Assembly: GCF_018977255.1 (NCBI RefSeq)
Contig: NW_024704742.1
Span: 106,766,001-106,830,000, forward strand
Source: Callorhinchus milii
Lineage: Eukaryota
Reading direction: 5' to 3'
Length of the DNA stretch: 64,000 nt
The first letter of the stretch is position 1; each line of letters begins with the position of its first letter. The translations under genes and the position numbers were made by a program. The notes under the pieces were generated by a model. It had not been told where the DNA came from. It did no database searches and worked only from the letters and a program-made list of their open reading frames with translations. This document shows, one piece after another, positions 36,447 to 50,922 of the stretch.

Positions 36447-39400
36447 CTATTCATTCCTATCCAGCCATGCGTATGCATGTGTGAATGCCAGGTGATGACA
36501 AAAGATCCCAAGGTTGAACAGCCCTCTGGAACACAATGTCCAGGCTCACACATGACACAAACGTGGGCAATGATACCAATGATAAGAGGCCAGCAACATC
36601 AATGGAACTGGGCTCTCAGTATGAATCACCTGCTTCAGCACAATAGGAGTTTAATGGAGGAGGAGAAACACCAATTATAACCATCACAAGGCATTGTAGA
36701 CTTGAATGTGAGTTGATGGACACTTAGCAATTGCATGCCAAACCACTGATTGCCTCCAGAGGTACTTTTTATCTTTAATTACAAACAAAACACCTAATAC
36801 AAAAAAGAAACCAACTGTCCGACTGAGAATTACTGGCTCTATCATTTCCGAGCTGAATAAACAACACTTGGTCATGCTGAAACAAATGCATTTATACTGC
36901 ACATTGGTAATTCACTGTGAAAACTAGTTATATGGCGGGGTGAATGCAACAACAACAACAACTTGGATTTATATAGCACCCTCCATGCCGGACGGCGTCT
37001 CAGCAACACATATGGCTGAAGAGTCTCATTCCTCCCACCACTGGATTGAGTTAGGTTAGACAAAATGCAATTCATAACAGTCGTAATCTAAACCTGCCAG
37101 GCATGAATCTCACCAAACTCCATCCCATTCCCAAAATCTCTTGGGAGACCATATAATCACCCAGAAGCTGTCAAAGGAACTTTTTAAATGTTGTAAAGAG
37201 TCAGTTGCCAATCGGCTCATTGTAATGTTAAGAAGACATTAGGACATCCTCTCGATGTGAAAGGTGCTATACAAATGTAATTTGTTGTAAATTACACGAT
37301 TTTCGAATTCCCAATTTTTACAGCTCCAATGAGATGCAGAACGGGGAGGTATAAATCAAGCTTCTCGTTCCTTTGTACATTAGCTCACAGCAGTATAATA
37401 AATACAGCAAAAGATTAGGTTGAGGATTTGGCAGAAGCAGTTACATATTTTAGTTTTAGTTATTACACATTGCTTTTATTTTGATTGATATATTTAAATA
37501 GGTTCAGAATTTTTAGATCTCATAGTGAATGAGAATATAATGAACTTTGTGGAGCACAGTGACCAGCAGAAGAGAAGTGGGTGTTTATGGAACAAGTAGT
37601 TCCACCAATACATCAAGGATTTCCTATAGATTCGAATTGATTTGGGAAGCATCTGCCTATTTGACCAACGCAACACTTGTGAACCTTTGCAATCACATCA
37701 GTGTTTTATTTTGTTATTCTTAAAATATGGCATTCACTCTGAACCTAATCTATAACAATTAAATGCAAACTATATGCCATAAAGGTTATGAACTGATCTA
37801 CCACTTAGAGGCAGAGTGCTTGGTGTACTCTTGGTTCCTTTCATAACAAATGGAATTGAGCGTAATCAAATATTTATGTAAAGCGAATGAATGTGACAGC
37901 TGATATTGATTGTCTGGGATAAGACACTGGATCATTTCTTTCCATTAAAATTCTAGCTGAATGAAACCAGCTGAGGCAGATCTTTCCTTATAAATTATGT
38001 GGCTGTGCTGAAATACATCATTTCTCCTTCATGAATGCCTTGATGACTAGTGCTTTCAAATGCTTATTTACAACTTTCTGCTTTAACAGATTTATCTATC
38101 AATTGTTTTTCACAGCTATTTAAATTAACAAGTCAAAAAACAGTGTACTGCAAGTACTTCACAATATAAATTGCTTAAAAATACATATCCATTTTGATGG
38201 CTGTTATGAGAAATTATGAAAATATTTTATGCATTTTTTAATACAGAACAGATCGTTAACTGCAATTAGGGAAGCAGTGTGAATTTTATAATACAATCTG
38301 ATTAGATAAAAGCATGTGAATTATACATTAGTACATATTTTAAAACCAATTATACGCACAAAAATCATCAGTCTTTTCAGATTTTGTGTTGCAATTTGGG
38401 TAAATTTGTGCTCATCAAGGTGTATGATATGTTGGCACCCAATATCAATATTGAGCATCTCTATAGTGCTTAATTTCCAATCTCAGAAAAAATAGCATCT
38501 AGTCCACTAATGTAACATTTCCACGCTCTACATCAACCAATATAGCGCTGTATCATTAAGAGCTTTGAGTTGTGGGTTGCTATCAGTTGATTGAGATGAA
38601 TCAGGTTAATTATGCTTAGTACACATGTTAGAAAGCAAAGAATCACTCCATCAGTCTTGAATCACCATCACTCCATCAGTCTTGGTTCAACGTAAATCTC
38701 AGAACTGATAGGACAGTGTTCTGACAGTTGTACATTGTCAAATGTTTAACCCTTGTAGCAAAAATAAGGTCCGTGTATTCAATCTAAACTGCAAAATGAT
38801 GATATAAAGTCACAAGAACACTGCATGCCCATTCCATGAGGGTTTAAATGTCAGGAAAAATTGCAACTTTCTTGATTTTTATTTTTAAACTTCTCCTTTC
38901 CACCAGCAGCTCTCCATCCTTCGCCTACACTGTCCCACAGACTGCAGGAACAAAACCGTTCCTTTTTCTTCACCATGCTTCAGCTCAAAGCTTGAAAATC
39001 ACCTTTAACGTTAAGCCATAAGTATTTCCTTCCTTAATTCACCATCATGTTTTTCTTCTTTCCTTTGATTAAGCTGCACTGGTTCAGTTTCACTTCTGAC
39101 GAGCAGTCCAACTTGAGACATTAATGTACCTTCTTCCTCTAAGTGCTGTTTCACTAGTTTTGGATTTCCAGCTATTTCCATTTCTATTCCTTTGGGACCA
39201 CCTAACAGGGAATAACCTCAGTGAAATAAATTGCATCTATTTGAGGCCTTTTTTATTGGATTGACAGTATTATTCAATTTGCAATAAACTGAATTATAAT
39301 TGTTTCACTTCATGCATTATCTCAGTTTAACACCCAGAAACTGGGAAATCATCCCATTTTAATGGGATGCAATAACCTGAGGGAATAGCATAATCAATTA

Positions 39401-42400
39401 CCATAGAAAATCAATTTTAGTTTGCTTTCTGAGAATTTGCAGATGGGGACTTATTCTTGAGAGAAAGGTTGCCTTCTAAATTCCATGGGACCTCAAGAAT
39501 TCAGTGCAAAGAAGCTTGTTACAGAAACAGTTGTGAGATATGTGGATAATAATAATAATAAACAGGGGTATGATGTGCTAATTGAATACACGCGTTCTAC
39601 ACAAGGAAATTAACTATGCGACGAACAACCAATGAAAAGAACTGCTAATTATATAATTAAGGGCGCCTGTAGTTTCCCATTTACCTATGTGTTTATACAT
39701 GGTGCATAATACAGCTAAGTTTACACATGGTGCACAATCGATCTGTCTACTCCAAATATTTTGCTTTCACAAGGAAAGCAAAACACTGTCAATTCTTCTA
39801 ACCTCAAGAAACAACCTTTCAGTGAAGCGTGTCTTTAGTTTCCTTGAAACAGATTATGTTAGAAAGACTGTTCTGTAATAAAAGACCTTTTCACTGAAAA
39901 TAGAGCAATGAACTGAACTTCTTTTTAAAAAAAACATTTCTTTTTCCTCATGATGACATCTGATGATGTTGGCAATATTCGTTCACAAGCAGCTTTTAAT
40001 CTGAGCACAAAAGGACATATTTCATACTCAACTTCAAAGGATTTGTGTCTGCAGGGTTTTTCATCAAGCAAATCCAATGCAGTTTACATAAGAAAAAGTC
40101 CCAGCCTCAGGCACTAGGCATTCTCCAAATCCATAAATGTGCATTTTCCACCAATTTGCATTTTACTGCCGGAAGCAAGTCAGACCATTAAATATCAGTT
40201 CCAAGTATTTTTACTGGACTCCTGCATGTGGTCTTGTTTTTTAGATCACTTTTCTTTTTGGGACAGGCTACTTTTCTTAACAGATTCTATAAATCTCAGT
40301 GCATTGGAGAAATGAAAAGATATTGAACGATAGCACAAATTACTAAAATCTTGGCGATTTGATATTTAGATTTTGAGACAATTATTTTCCAAGATTTTTT
40401 TAAGAAGCTAATTTGATCTTACTGGTCTTTTATCTTCCCAATACTGCTAAGCTTTTGAAATTTAAGCTTTGAATAGCTAGGTTATCTTATCTCATAATTG
40501 AAATATCCTTGCATTTGATTATTATCAATTGTTAAAAAAAATCTTGCTGCTTGAAGGAGAATCTAACTTCAGTTTAAACGTTTTTAGACAAATTTGTAGC
40601 ACCTTTAAATCTCATGAAGTAGCGGACTTATAACAGGCTAGTGATTACTGACTGGGAATTTGGTTTAAAGGGGGTCATATAGGTAGGATAAAGAGAATTG
40701 AAAATTCGATCTGCTGGGAGATGGGGAGCCAGTGGGGTCAAGTGACTTCTAATTTAATATAAATCTCAACAAAATTACTGTGATGAGGTAAATGGTTCTG
40801 CATTATAGCAGCTGCTAAACTCAAGTGCCTAAGTGATTTTAAAATCATATAATTCGGTGTGTTCTTCTGATGAGTGTGGATTTAACCAGTGAGTAAGTTT
40901 CTATGTGAGCAGTTAACTAAATGCAATATTATAAAGCAAGACTAGACATGAATGTCATTGACTAACAATACTTTTTGTGAAACAGTGAAGTTCCATCATT
41001 TGAAATATAACACAGTTTACTCCTGTAATGGGAATACAATAGAATAAATTCTGTAAGGAAAAGATTATGGATGAGGTGTAAGCCTGGCTCAGTTGGTAGC
41101 ACTGGGTCAGAAAGTTTTGGGTTCAAGCCCTATCTTGGTACTGTGAACTCAGTTTAGATGGATACTTTAGTGCTCCATTGCCGGAAGTGCTGTCCTTCAG
41201 ATGAAACTGATTATTCACCTGTTTTGATTAACATTGAAGATCCCATTACACTATTGAAAAACACAAGTGAGTTTCCCCCAGTGTCCCGTTTATTAATTAA
41301 ATTGTTCATTCACTTCATGGCAGTTTACAGGACATTGTTGCGTGCGGATTGTCTGTATTTGTCCACAAATAATCACTGAACTTGATAACAATTACCTGTG
41401 AAGCTCTTTGAGATGGTTCAACCTTGTAAGAAAATGCAACAATCCTTGGTTAAATAAAAAGCAAAACAGTGAAGGGAAAATAAAGCAAAAATAAATGATC
41501 CAGAGTGAAATCCTGCTCACTGTTATTCCTTAGAATTCCTGTTAGATGGGTTTATTGTAGAATATAAATTTAGTTAATGTAATCAATTATTCCAAATTTA
41601 AATACGTTAATACATTTTGGTATGCTAATGAATGTGCTATTAAGCTACCGACAGGAGTGAAAGGCTTATGATTTTATAAGTGTTTTTTTTACAATAGAAT
41701 AACTAAAACAAAGTATAAAACAACAACCCGCTGAGGGTTTTGACCTAAAAATACCTATTAATTCAGTTGTTTGATAACATACTAAGTGGTTCCACAGAGT
41801 ATACTAAAACACAAATGGCACAAATTATTTGCATAAATATTTCTGCATACTTGCATCCCACAAGCTCTTAAAAAACACTTGAACTCAAACCATACAAGTT
41901 CCTTTATCTTGTCTTCTACTTCCATCTACCAGCTACCAGGAGGTAATGAAGATTGTTTCACTTTACAGTACAGAACCATGACATTATTCAAAAAGCCAGG
42001 TGCTTTGAGATGTCTAGAAGACATGATAAGACACTATATCAAATGCAAGGATTATTATAGTGCAGGTGGACTTGCTCTCCAACATTCTGAGGAACGTTAC
42101 TTCCATTTGCTAACTCCACCAGACGGTGCAGTTGAGACTCATTCATTGCACATTGCGACTGCATTGTGTGGCCCCCCCATAACCATAAACTTAATAATAA
42201 CCCTCTTGACATTTTTTGTTCACAAAATCTACTATGCGTTAGGCATAAATATTTAACTAATGAGCCTAACCCCTGAATGCTTGGGTTAAGATTTGTAACT
42301 GTTTAAAAACGTTTTTGTTGTGATGATGATGTGGGGGAGTTTTAAAAATCTTTGTTGAAAGTTATAACAAAGCTCCTTTTTATTGTCAGTACAAATATGA

Positions 42401-44318
42401 ACCCAAGGGCGATTATAGTCGTACTATTTTCAGAAGTTAGGAAGAAATGTGTTCAATTGCTGATCAGTTAATGAATAAATGATAAACTCTATCCCCCCAC
42501 CCCGGGGCCTCAGTTAATAGAGGGCCGACTGGGATTGTGTCGTCCAGTCAGGCCACAAAGAACACTTGTTGGTGCTATTGGGCTGGGTGCTGGCCAGAGA
42601 GTCTTGGGGACAGGCCGTACAAGGAAAACCTCTATGTGCCTCAGCCGATCAACCAACAGTACCCTCCACAAGTTAGCAGTCTCTGCTCCTCAGTCACCCA
42701 ACTCTTCCCCATTGAGTGACACAAGAGAGGGACCTAAGAGCTATAAGAAGCAATCCTGTGCAGAGGAGCAAAGTGCTTCACAGCTAATTGGTGTCAAGTG
42801 CAGTGTCTGTGTATACGTAAGTGAATATAGCAACCAATCAGTCTCACAAACATCTGTGAATTTTGATAAATTAAGATAAGATTTCTGCTAGAAAATAATA
42901 TCTCGGCATACGTGTTAAGCAACTATCAGGATGGTAGGAGATGAACAAGATGGACCTTAGCATTCTTTCGCCTAGCTGAGTCTTATTTTCTTATAAGTGA
43001 ATGAACAATTTATCTGGAGGATTGCTGACCAGGACACTGGTGGGGAAATTTGCTTGACTTTTTGATAATGTCATGGATCTTTAATGTCCACCTGAACGCA
43101 CAGACAAGATCTCAATTTAACATCTCATCTGAATGATGGCACCTGCAACAGTACTGCACTACAGGAGTAGCAGTAGCCTGAACTGTGAGCTCACATCCTG
43201 ACTTCCGCCTTGAACCAATAAGCTTCTGTCTCAGAGGTAAGAATGCTACCAACTGGTATTTGATTAACAACATTATTTTTCTTACTATTTTATCCTAACC
43301 ATATTAATTCTTCACAATCTCAATTTCAATATCTCAAAACCTCAAACAATTCAAAGGTAAATGACAGAATTCCAAAGAATATTTGACTTGTAAACACTTC
43401 AATGTTAATTGATTGTTTTAAAAAGAACTTTCAGTGAGATGAAAACTCTCTTTGTTTTTCTCTTTATTTTCTTTCTCTGATCTTCCCAAGTTATGCACAA
43501 CTATGGGCTAACCATGATGACTCAATCAATGCCACGGTAAACCAGCTGTCAAGAATGACCCCAGTTCAGTGTTGCCCCAAATGAATTAGGATCGCTTCAT
43601 CGTGGGAGAATGAAATGCATTCTAGCACTCAGTGTTGGGACACTTTACTTAGCCATCCATTGTATTTCCAGACACAAAGAAGCACGTACTGTAAATCAAC
43701 CACTGCTAAGCAGGCAAAAGACATTCCAGTAGAGCATGGTTTGTTTGTTAAGTGTATAGATCAGTCACTTTTAAAAGATGCTTTATCAATGCTGCTACAG
43801 TCAGTAAGCTATTAGAGGACAACACTAACAGCAACACCACAGAAACACAACACATCACAATATGACACCATCAAACCTGGCCTCCATAGAAACCTGAAGG
43901 GAACAGGTTATTGATCCACTAACTGGGTAGTCATTATGTGGATATAGGTAAGTTTTTGGAATCTTCATATATGAATCCATTTCAAATCAATTAAAATTAT
44001 ATACTGTTTGTAATTGGAGGAGTTGCCAAGAAACTATTAAACTTTTCTTAAACTTAGTAAATTAACACCAAAAAAATTCAGAATTGCAAAATTCATGATT
44101 ATTTTTAAATTTCAGGACCAAGTAACACTGTACAAACCATATGGTAAAATGTACCTACTCTTTTGATCTACCTGCAATAGCACTGTACTGTAATTAGCAT
44201 TAATTCCCCCCAAAAAGCAACATGCAGTAAAAATAATCATTCATCCCTTCAGATTTTGATGATGAAGAGGAAATGCGGGATTGCAGCACATCACAGTTTT
44301 ACAGAAGACCTGACCCAC

Positions 44319-44633
44319 CTCCTTTATGTTCAGTGTCTCTGCTGGCTACCTCAGGTCTATGCTCCAGAGTTGACAGAAGCTTATTGACAGAAGGCCTTAC
44401 AGTAGACTCTAGCCTGTGGAATTTGTGAACTCTGTCTCGTACTAGGGCAGGATCAAATCTCTCATCAAATTCCAAAAATTCCCTTGTACCAGAAGCAAGG
44501 TCCTTCTTTTGTACCACATTAGCAATCTCAGCAACTAGATCTGATTCTGCCTTCTGGGTAGGGTTGTACTTATGCACGTGAACCACGTCTTCTCTTTCTC
44601 CAAGGAGCTTGGAAATGAGTGCATAAAAATTAC
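44319..44633 (-). CDS. PAM: PAM optional exon A (PHM-PAL linker, 315 nt)
   Basis: GNFYALISKLLGEREDVVHVHKYNPTQKAESDLVAEIANVVQKKDL...VRDRVHKFHRLEST...EHKG; ctgcag| and |gtgggt; symmetric phase 1-1; contains the KK cleavage site. Confidence 0.97.
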
Positions 44634-45419
44634 CTGCAGAGAGATTGCAAAAGAATAGGGAAAACAAAATGACAGAGCTTGTGAGAAGAGGTTAAGCATG
44701 TGAAGCTGTTAATAAGCTATTATGGGCATAGAATGTAACAATAGAACAAGATAAAAATGGTGAACAGGCTAGAGGTACAATCCCACTTGTAGGAGGTCAC
44801 CTGAACCATATAGCAATATCAAAGAACAATCTGGAAAGAGACATCAGAATGCAATTTTTGATCTCATATACCAATTAGGATTTTAGTTAGTTTTGTTCTT
44901 ACAACTAGTACCTAGATATTTTAAAAATACCAACTAAACTTAAAATTGTTTCTTAAAAAAGTTTTTGATTGTTAACCACAGTCTAGTGTTTAAAGAAGGA
45001 CGCAGCATTCCTCTAATACTAGCAAACGGCTGTTGGGAATGATTACAAATGTGTGTGATGTTTGACACCAACATCCAACATGGTCAATGTGTGATGATGC
45101 TGAACGGTCAACGACTGCAATGTGATGGGTTTACGAAGTGATATTCAAGTGTTACAGAGGAATAATGTCAGTAGATATTAGAATTTGTTTTTGGTCAGAC
45201 GGGTGCCTGACATGCAGAAAGCTTAAGAGCATATCAGAGTTCCACGTATGACACTCACATGGATATTTCCCTGTGCCTGGAATGTAAAGTATACACCTTT
45301 TATAATTCTGCAGAGTATTAGACACATGTTGGCAAGAGACGAGGCTTGGGGACCCCCGATTGTATCTTGGGGGTAGTAGTGTGTCCCTCGTACATGAGGA
45401 TGATGTTGCAGACAATGAA

Positions 45420-45790
45420 GAGAGTATACGTTCATTGTTGATGGTGAGTTGATGACTAAGCAGGCCAATACGTGACAGACATTATCCACAGCCTCACATG
45501 ACCATGTCCCATGGAGGGGGGGGGGGCTTCTCCTGTTGATCCCGCTGATGTTGCCGATCCTTCCATCTCTTGGGTCTTGTTTCCACACTAACACGGCATT
45601 GTTCCTCAAAGCACTTCACTCCTTTTCTCACTTCAACATGCCACTGCCGTTTGTCGGTGGCTGGGGTTTTGTATGTTGGGGGGAATACTGGAGCTTGACC
45701 GGTTAAAACCTCAAAGTTAAAGATGCCAAGTAGGCACGTCAATCCCTTCAAGTCCTGCCAATGAGCCAGGCTGGCTGGTGCGTACTCAGC
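45420..45790 (-). mobile_element. RTE-clade LINE 3' fragment
   Basis: DKRQWHVEVRKGVKCFEEQ..RPKRWKDRQ, then with a frameshift SCE.CG*CLSRIGLLSHQLT, the C-terminal C2H2-like motif (CxxC..SRIGLxSHxRxH) typical of RTE ORF2. Confidence 0.7.
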
Positions 45791-48059
45791 AGTGACATGG
45801 CATACGGCAGCAGAACCGGCTACTGAGACGGCCACCGAAAATTAACTTGATTCAGACATTCAGTTGTAAGAACATCATCTTGGAACCAGCTCAGCTCCAA
45901 GGGCCCCCTTCTTACCCTGCCTCCCCTACCCAGGGAAGTATATCCTATAAATGAAGCATATGTCTTATAATAGATTATTATATCAACATAATAATCTATC
46001 AGTAATATTTTGTAATACTAGGAAATACAGCTAATTGGTACAACAGTTTTTTTGGGGGAAAAAATACCTTTTTTCTACAATGTTTGACCTTTTGTTTTCT
46101 GCCTACACAGGGTCAATGCCTTCAAACACTGGATGGTGCACGGAAGTGGGCCGTGACATGCTTCATGGCTGCCTCTCCCTCTCCTCTCATGGGCAAACGC
46201 TTGTTTTTCCCCAATGCTCAGAAAATTATTAGTATTAAAGAGGTTATGAAAGGATTGACAAAGCTGTGAAGGAAATCAGTAAATATAAGGATTAAAAGAA
46301 GGTAAGATGAAAAATAATAATGCATGCACGTCCAATACTTTGGTAAAGTCCCAAATTATTTCATGTTAAATTTTCAAAAATATATTCACACGATTCATAA
46401 GTTCTATGAATAACTAGATGATTAACAGAATAAGTGGAAAATAGTTTGTATCTCCAGAAGCAACAAAGTCCTCGGTTTCACGCCTTTAAACACTGTCTTA
46501 AAATCTTAAAAAGGAGGCATGTGGGCACACATGGAGCTGCAATTCTTTCACTTTTTGTTGAATTCTATGAATTTTGTGACAATAAATAGATCAAGGCATA
46601 TATTCAAGGAAGCCATTTTCCATTTCAGTAAGACCCGCAGTGTTATTTTAATTCTCACTTCCATATTCCACAAATATTAGCAAAGTAGAAACACCAACTA
46701 ATGTTGTCTCTGTGACCACTTGGAGAAATTCATCAATTAGTCGACTAGACTATGTGTGAAATAAAATCTCTTTTGATTCAACAACAGCCCTCAGCATTTG
46801 TGTCATGTTTATAAACATCTTCATTCGCTGTTTTTTGAACCCCAACAGCATACTGGCCTATGGGATCATTATATCTCTGATTTCTTGTCAGGATGTATTT
46901 AACAAATATAGGGCAACCTGCCAAGAAATGAACTATGCAATTTGTAAGTGCTAATAATCTGGTTCCTATTTATTCTTCAAGGCTGCCAGCTGCTTGAAAC
47001 CAAATTATTTTTACCGCACTGTAATTGTCTTCACAAATAAGATTATTTTCTGAAGATCATATTATTAAAGTGTCACAATTCACTAATTACAAAAGTTAAT
47101 TTCCTTCTTAAAAATCTCACTAGAGTTGGACTTGTGAGTTGATAATGTCACTGAAATCTAACAACATTCTAAATTGCGTATTATCACAGATTTTCTCCAT
47201 CCACTATTTTCTTTACATTGCTCGTTTTCATACAAGTTATAGGTGATGGAAATAAAAAGAAAAACTATGAATGTTGGACTATGACCTGTGAAAGCAGAAA
47301 CAGAGAATTCCAGAAATGCACAACAGGCTGGCCAATCAGTAACTGATAGCCGCTTTGAGAGACGTCTCAAAGCGTTTCACAGAATATACTGTGAAGTGAA
47401 GTGACTGTATGTTTTGTGGGTGAAACACGGCAGCCAATTGTGCACAACAGTGTCCCACAATCAGTCGTGGATTGAATGACCAAATTGTAAAAAAAAATGT
47501 TTTGAAGGAATTATTATCCCCAGTCGATTAACAACTAGGTTCCAACTTACTGCTAGGTATACAGAGGTGTGTGAGTAAAGAAACTTGGCCAACGTTTCGC
47601 CCCACCTAGGAATCGAACCCAGGTCGTGAGGTCGCTTGTGAGGTGAGTGCTCTAACCATTAAGCTGCAGGACTTCACGAGAAACTCCTTTCTCTTTTCGA
47701 AAAGTGCCATGACATCTTTAAAGTCTCCCTGCACAGGCAGACGGGACCTTACCTCTAACAATGCTACGCACCCCCAGCACTTTCATCATTTCAGTGATTG
47801 CAGTGTCAGGTTAGACTATGTGAGTTCAAGTCCTGACGTTGGACTTGAATCCACAACTTTCTGACTCAGAGATGAGAGTGCTAGCCCTGTGCCAGGCTGA
47901 CACACAAATTTGGATTAAGGGTTCCACCTAAAATATTAACCCATTTTTATTTTTCAGATCTGATTGAGCTGTTGTGCATTTCCAACTCTTTCTGTCTTTA
48001 TTTGTGAAAACAACAACAAGAAGATTACATTTGTATAGCGCCTTTCACGTCAAGGCGCT

Positions 48060-48450
48060 GGTTAATGATATAGCTCCTGCTTTTCTAGCGAATAGATTAC
48101 ATAAACCAATTTGTTATCCTCTGTTGGACAAAGAACAATTAAAAGTGTAATGTATATTGCCTTTCATGAGAAAGAAAATTAACCTGTGGAATAAAGCGAT
48201 TATACAATAGCCAACAAATCATTACCAAAACTTGTTGTAGAAGTAGTTTTTAATGTCCTGATTAATAACACAGATATGCGAGCAGACTTTCACAGAATAG
48301 TTATTCATTGAATTAAATAAAAACTAAGAGCACAATATATGTATTATATAGTTACACAAATCCCAGGCAACCTATTGTATAATCCCAAGAGGATAACAAA
48401 TTGGTTTATGTATTCTATTCGCTAGAAAAGCAGGAGCTACGTCATTAACC
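48060..48450. mobile_element. MITE-like element with 63-bp terminal inverted repeats
   Basis: 48060-48122 is the reverse complement of 48388-48450 (60/63 identical); non-coding AT-rich interior. Confidence 0.75.
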
Positions 48451-50189
48451 TATTTAAAATACATTTTAACCTACTATCACAGGATAATATTTCAAAATAT
48501 TTAAGCAGGTCATCAGGATATAAATTGAATAAAAATTGTTCAATATCCTTCAGCACTGTTGTGCAATGTGTGATTTTACTGAATATTTTCTTTCACCCCT
48601 CCCCCCTGACAGATGTGCAGTTTGTGAAAAATAAACACATTAAAGAATTATATTTTAATTAAAATTCTCTATGCATTTGCAGAAGGCAGTACATATTTTC
48701 TGACCAGCCAAATATATCCGCAAGGCTCCTTGCTTAATTTTTGGTTCAAGCAGAACATTCTTCAAAAGCTACAGTTTTGTCAATCAATGACTGATGTTTC
48801 CAAGTTTTCTGCAACATTTGACATTTGAATAGGCTTTCCCTTCATTTGGGTATTAACACACTCATCAATCTTTGTATTCGGCTTTTTTTGTCTTAAAACC
48901 TACACTCTGAAATGTAGAAAAGTGCAAATGGGCATGGAAAATGAAATTCAAAAGGAAGCATTATCATTAACTCTCAGGGGCTGCACCATCAAATGAGATA
49001 TAGGTTGGGCAAGTTTCTTTACTCCACATCTCTCTGTTTACCTGGCAGTAAGAAGGTACCCGGTTGTTAGTTGATTGGAGGATTGCTTTTCTGGAGGTAA
49101 TAATCCCTCAATTTTTTTTTAAAAAATGCAGTCACTCAATCGACGACTGTTTGTGGGACATTGCTGTGGGCAATTGGCTTAGAGTGGACCAAGACAGTGG
49201 AACGAGAGGACATAGGTTCAGAGTTGCAGATATCAGGAGGCTTTTCTTTACCAACAGGAACAGGTTACCATGAACCTGACACTGGACTCATTTATAAAAC
49301 AGTGATAGGAAGATGGTAGCATGGGTATTTTGGAAAGATAAGATCATATGGGGTTATGTGCTGAAGGGCCTTCTTTATCCAGATTAATCTTGTGATTTAA
49401 AACTGCCTCAAATGTGAGGCTTGGAATTGCTCGTGGTCTTAGTCTTAAAACCATTGTCTTAAAGTATAAATTATGCAGAATTTTAGAAAACTCTTATTTT
49501 CAATCTTAATCTGAAAGCTGCTTTTTCTCAATAGATTTGGCTTATTTGAAGAATAAAGATAGTATGGAGAAAGAGCAGGGGTATGGTATTAGGGTAGATA
49601 GCTCCATTTGGAAAGCTAGTCTGGCACATACTTCTTTCTATTCTGTGATTTCTATGACTACAACCAGAAGTACTTTAAAAACTGGCACATTTAGAGCTAA
49701 CAATCACATGCTAAAAAGCTCAATGATGATCACAGTTAATAAATAAGAAAGCCCGTACCTTATCTTGCAGCAAATAAGATAGACTCTCAACTCAGAATAA
49801 GCAAAGTGCAACCTTCTGTGATATACAAGCCATATTATGTCTTCATGTATTGAACTCATTTATCACTACTGGTGCTAAATGTTGCAAGAAAACCCAAAAG
49901 TCACTGATTTGATAGTCAGTGAATCTGTTCCTTAATAATGGCAAAGACGGATGCAGGTAGTGATTTATCAAACAGCCATGGCCTGAGCCAGAGATCTCAG
50001 AATTTCTTCTCAAAATAAATCAACCCCTTGATAACTGCATCAGTAGACAACATGAAAATCATAATAAATTAGAACTGATGTGATATTCCTGAAACTGGTG
50101 AGGTTGCTACTTGAATACAGAAGGCTATTTGGCCAATACGCAATGACTTATCCTTTGCACTAATTATTGTCGTGCCACTCCCTTCGCGA

Positions 50190-50922
50190 GCCCCTCCAAT
50201 CAGGTTCTGTCACAGCACAGAAACTGCTCTGGTCAAGGTGACAAACGACATCCTGTCCATGGCTCCCTCTGGCTCCTCGTCCTCCTTGACCTCTCTGCTG
50301 CCTTTGATACCGTGGACAACTCCATCCTCCTCCACCAACTCTCCCTTCAAGGTCTTATCTCTCACACCGTCTCCAATTTGTCTCCGCCAATAGTTTCTCT
50401 TCCAGCCCCCGCACAGTCTTGTGCGGTGTTCCTCAGGGTTCTGTCCTCAGTCCCCTCCTCTTCAACCTCTACATGCTCCCCATTGGTGACCTTATCCGCA
50501 GACATGAGCTCAACTTCCACATGTATGCGGATGACATGCAACTCTATCTCTCTATCTCAACCTCGATTCCAGAACAACTGATGTCCTGACAGACTGTCTG
50601 TCAGACAAGTTCTGGATGGGAGACAACTTTTACAGCTGAATGTCAGCAAGACCGAGGCCTTCCTGATTGGCTTGCGCCAGCACCTCTGCACCTCAGGCAC
50701 GGATGCACACTCCACCGCACCAAGCCAGTCAGGAACCTGGGTGTCTTGTTCGATCCTCAACTATCCTTTCTCCCCCGTATCCGTGCCATGACCCGCTCTG
50801 CCTTCCCCCACCTCCACAACACTGCCTGACTCCACCACTGCCTCACCCCTCAGGCCGCCGATACCCTCATACACGCATTCATCACCTCAAGGCTTGACTA
50901 CGGAAACTTCCTCCTTGTCGGC
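50190..50922 (+). mobile_element. L2 LINE RT-domain fragment
   Basis: [54 protein letters not shown]. Confidence 0.9.

Noticed and set aside
38641..38684. 18-bp direct repeat atcactccatcagtcttg occurring twice
   Set aside because: Ordinary slippage duplication.
37400..41000. Repeat-poor AT-rich intronic stretch as possible conserved enhancers
   Set aside because: Plausible, but it cannot be supported without cross-species alignment.
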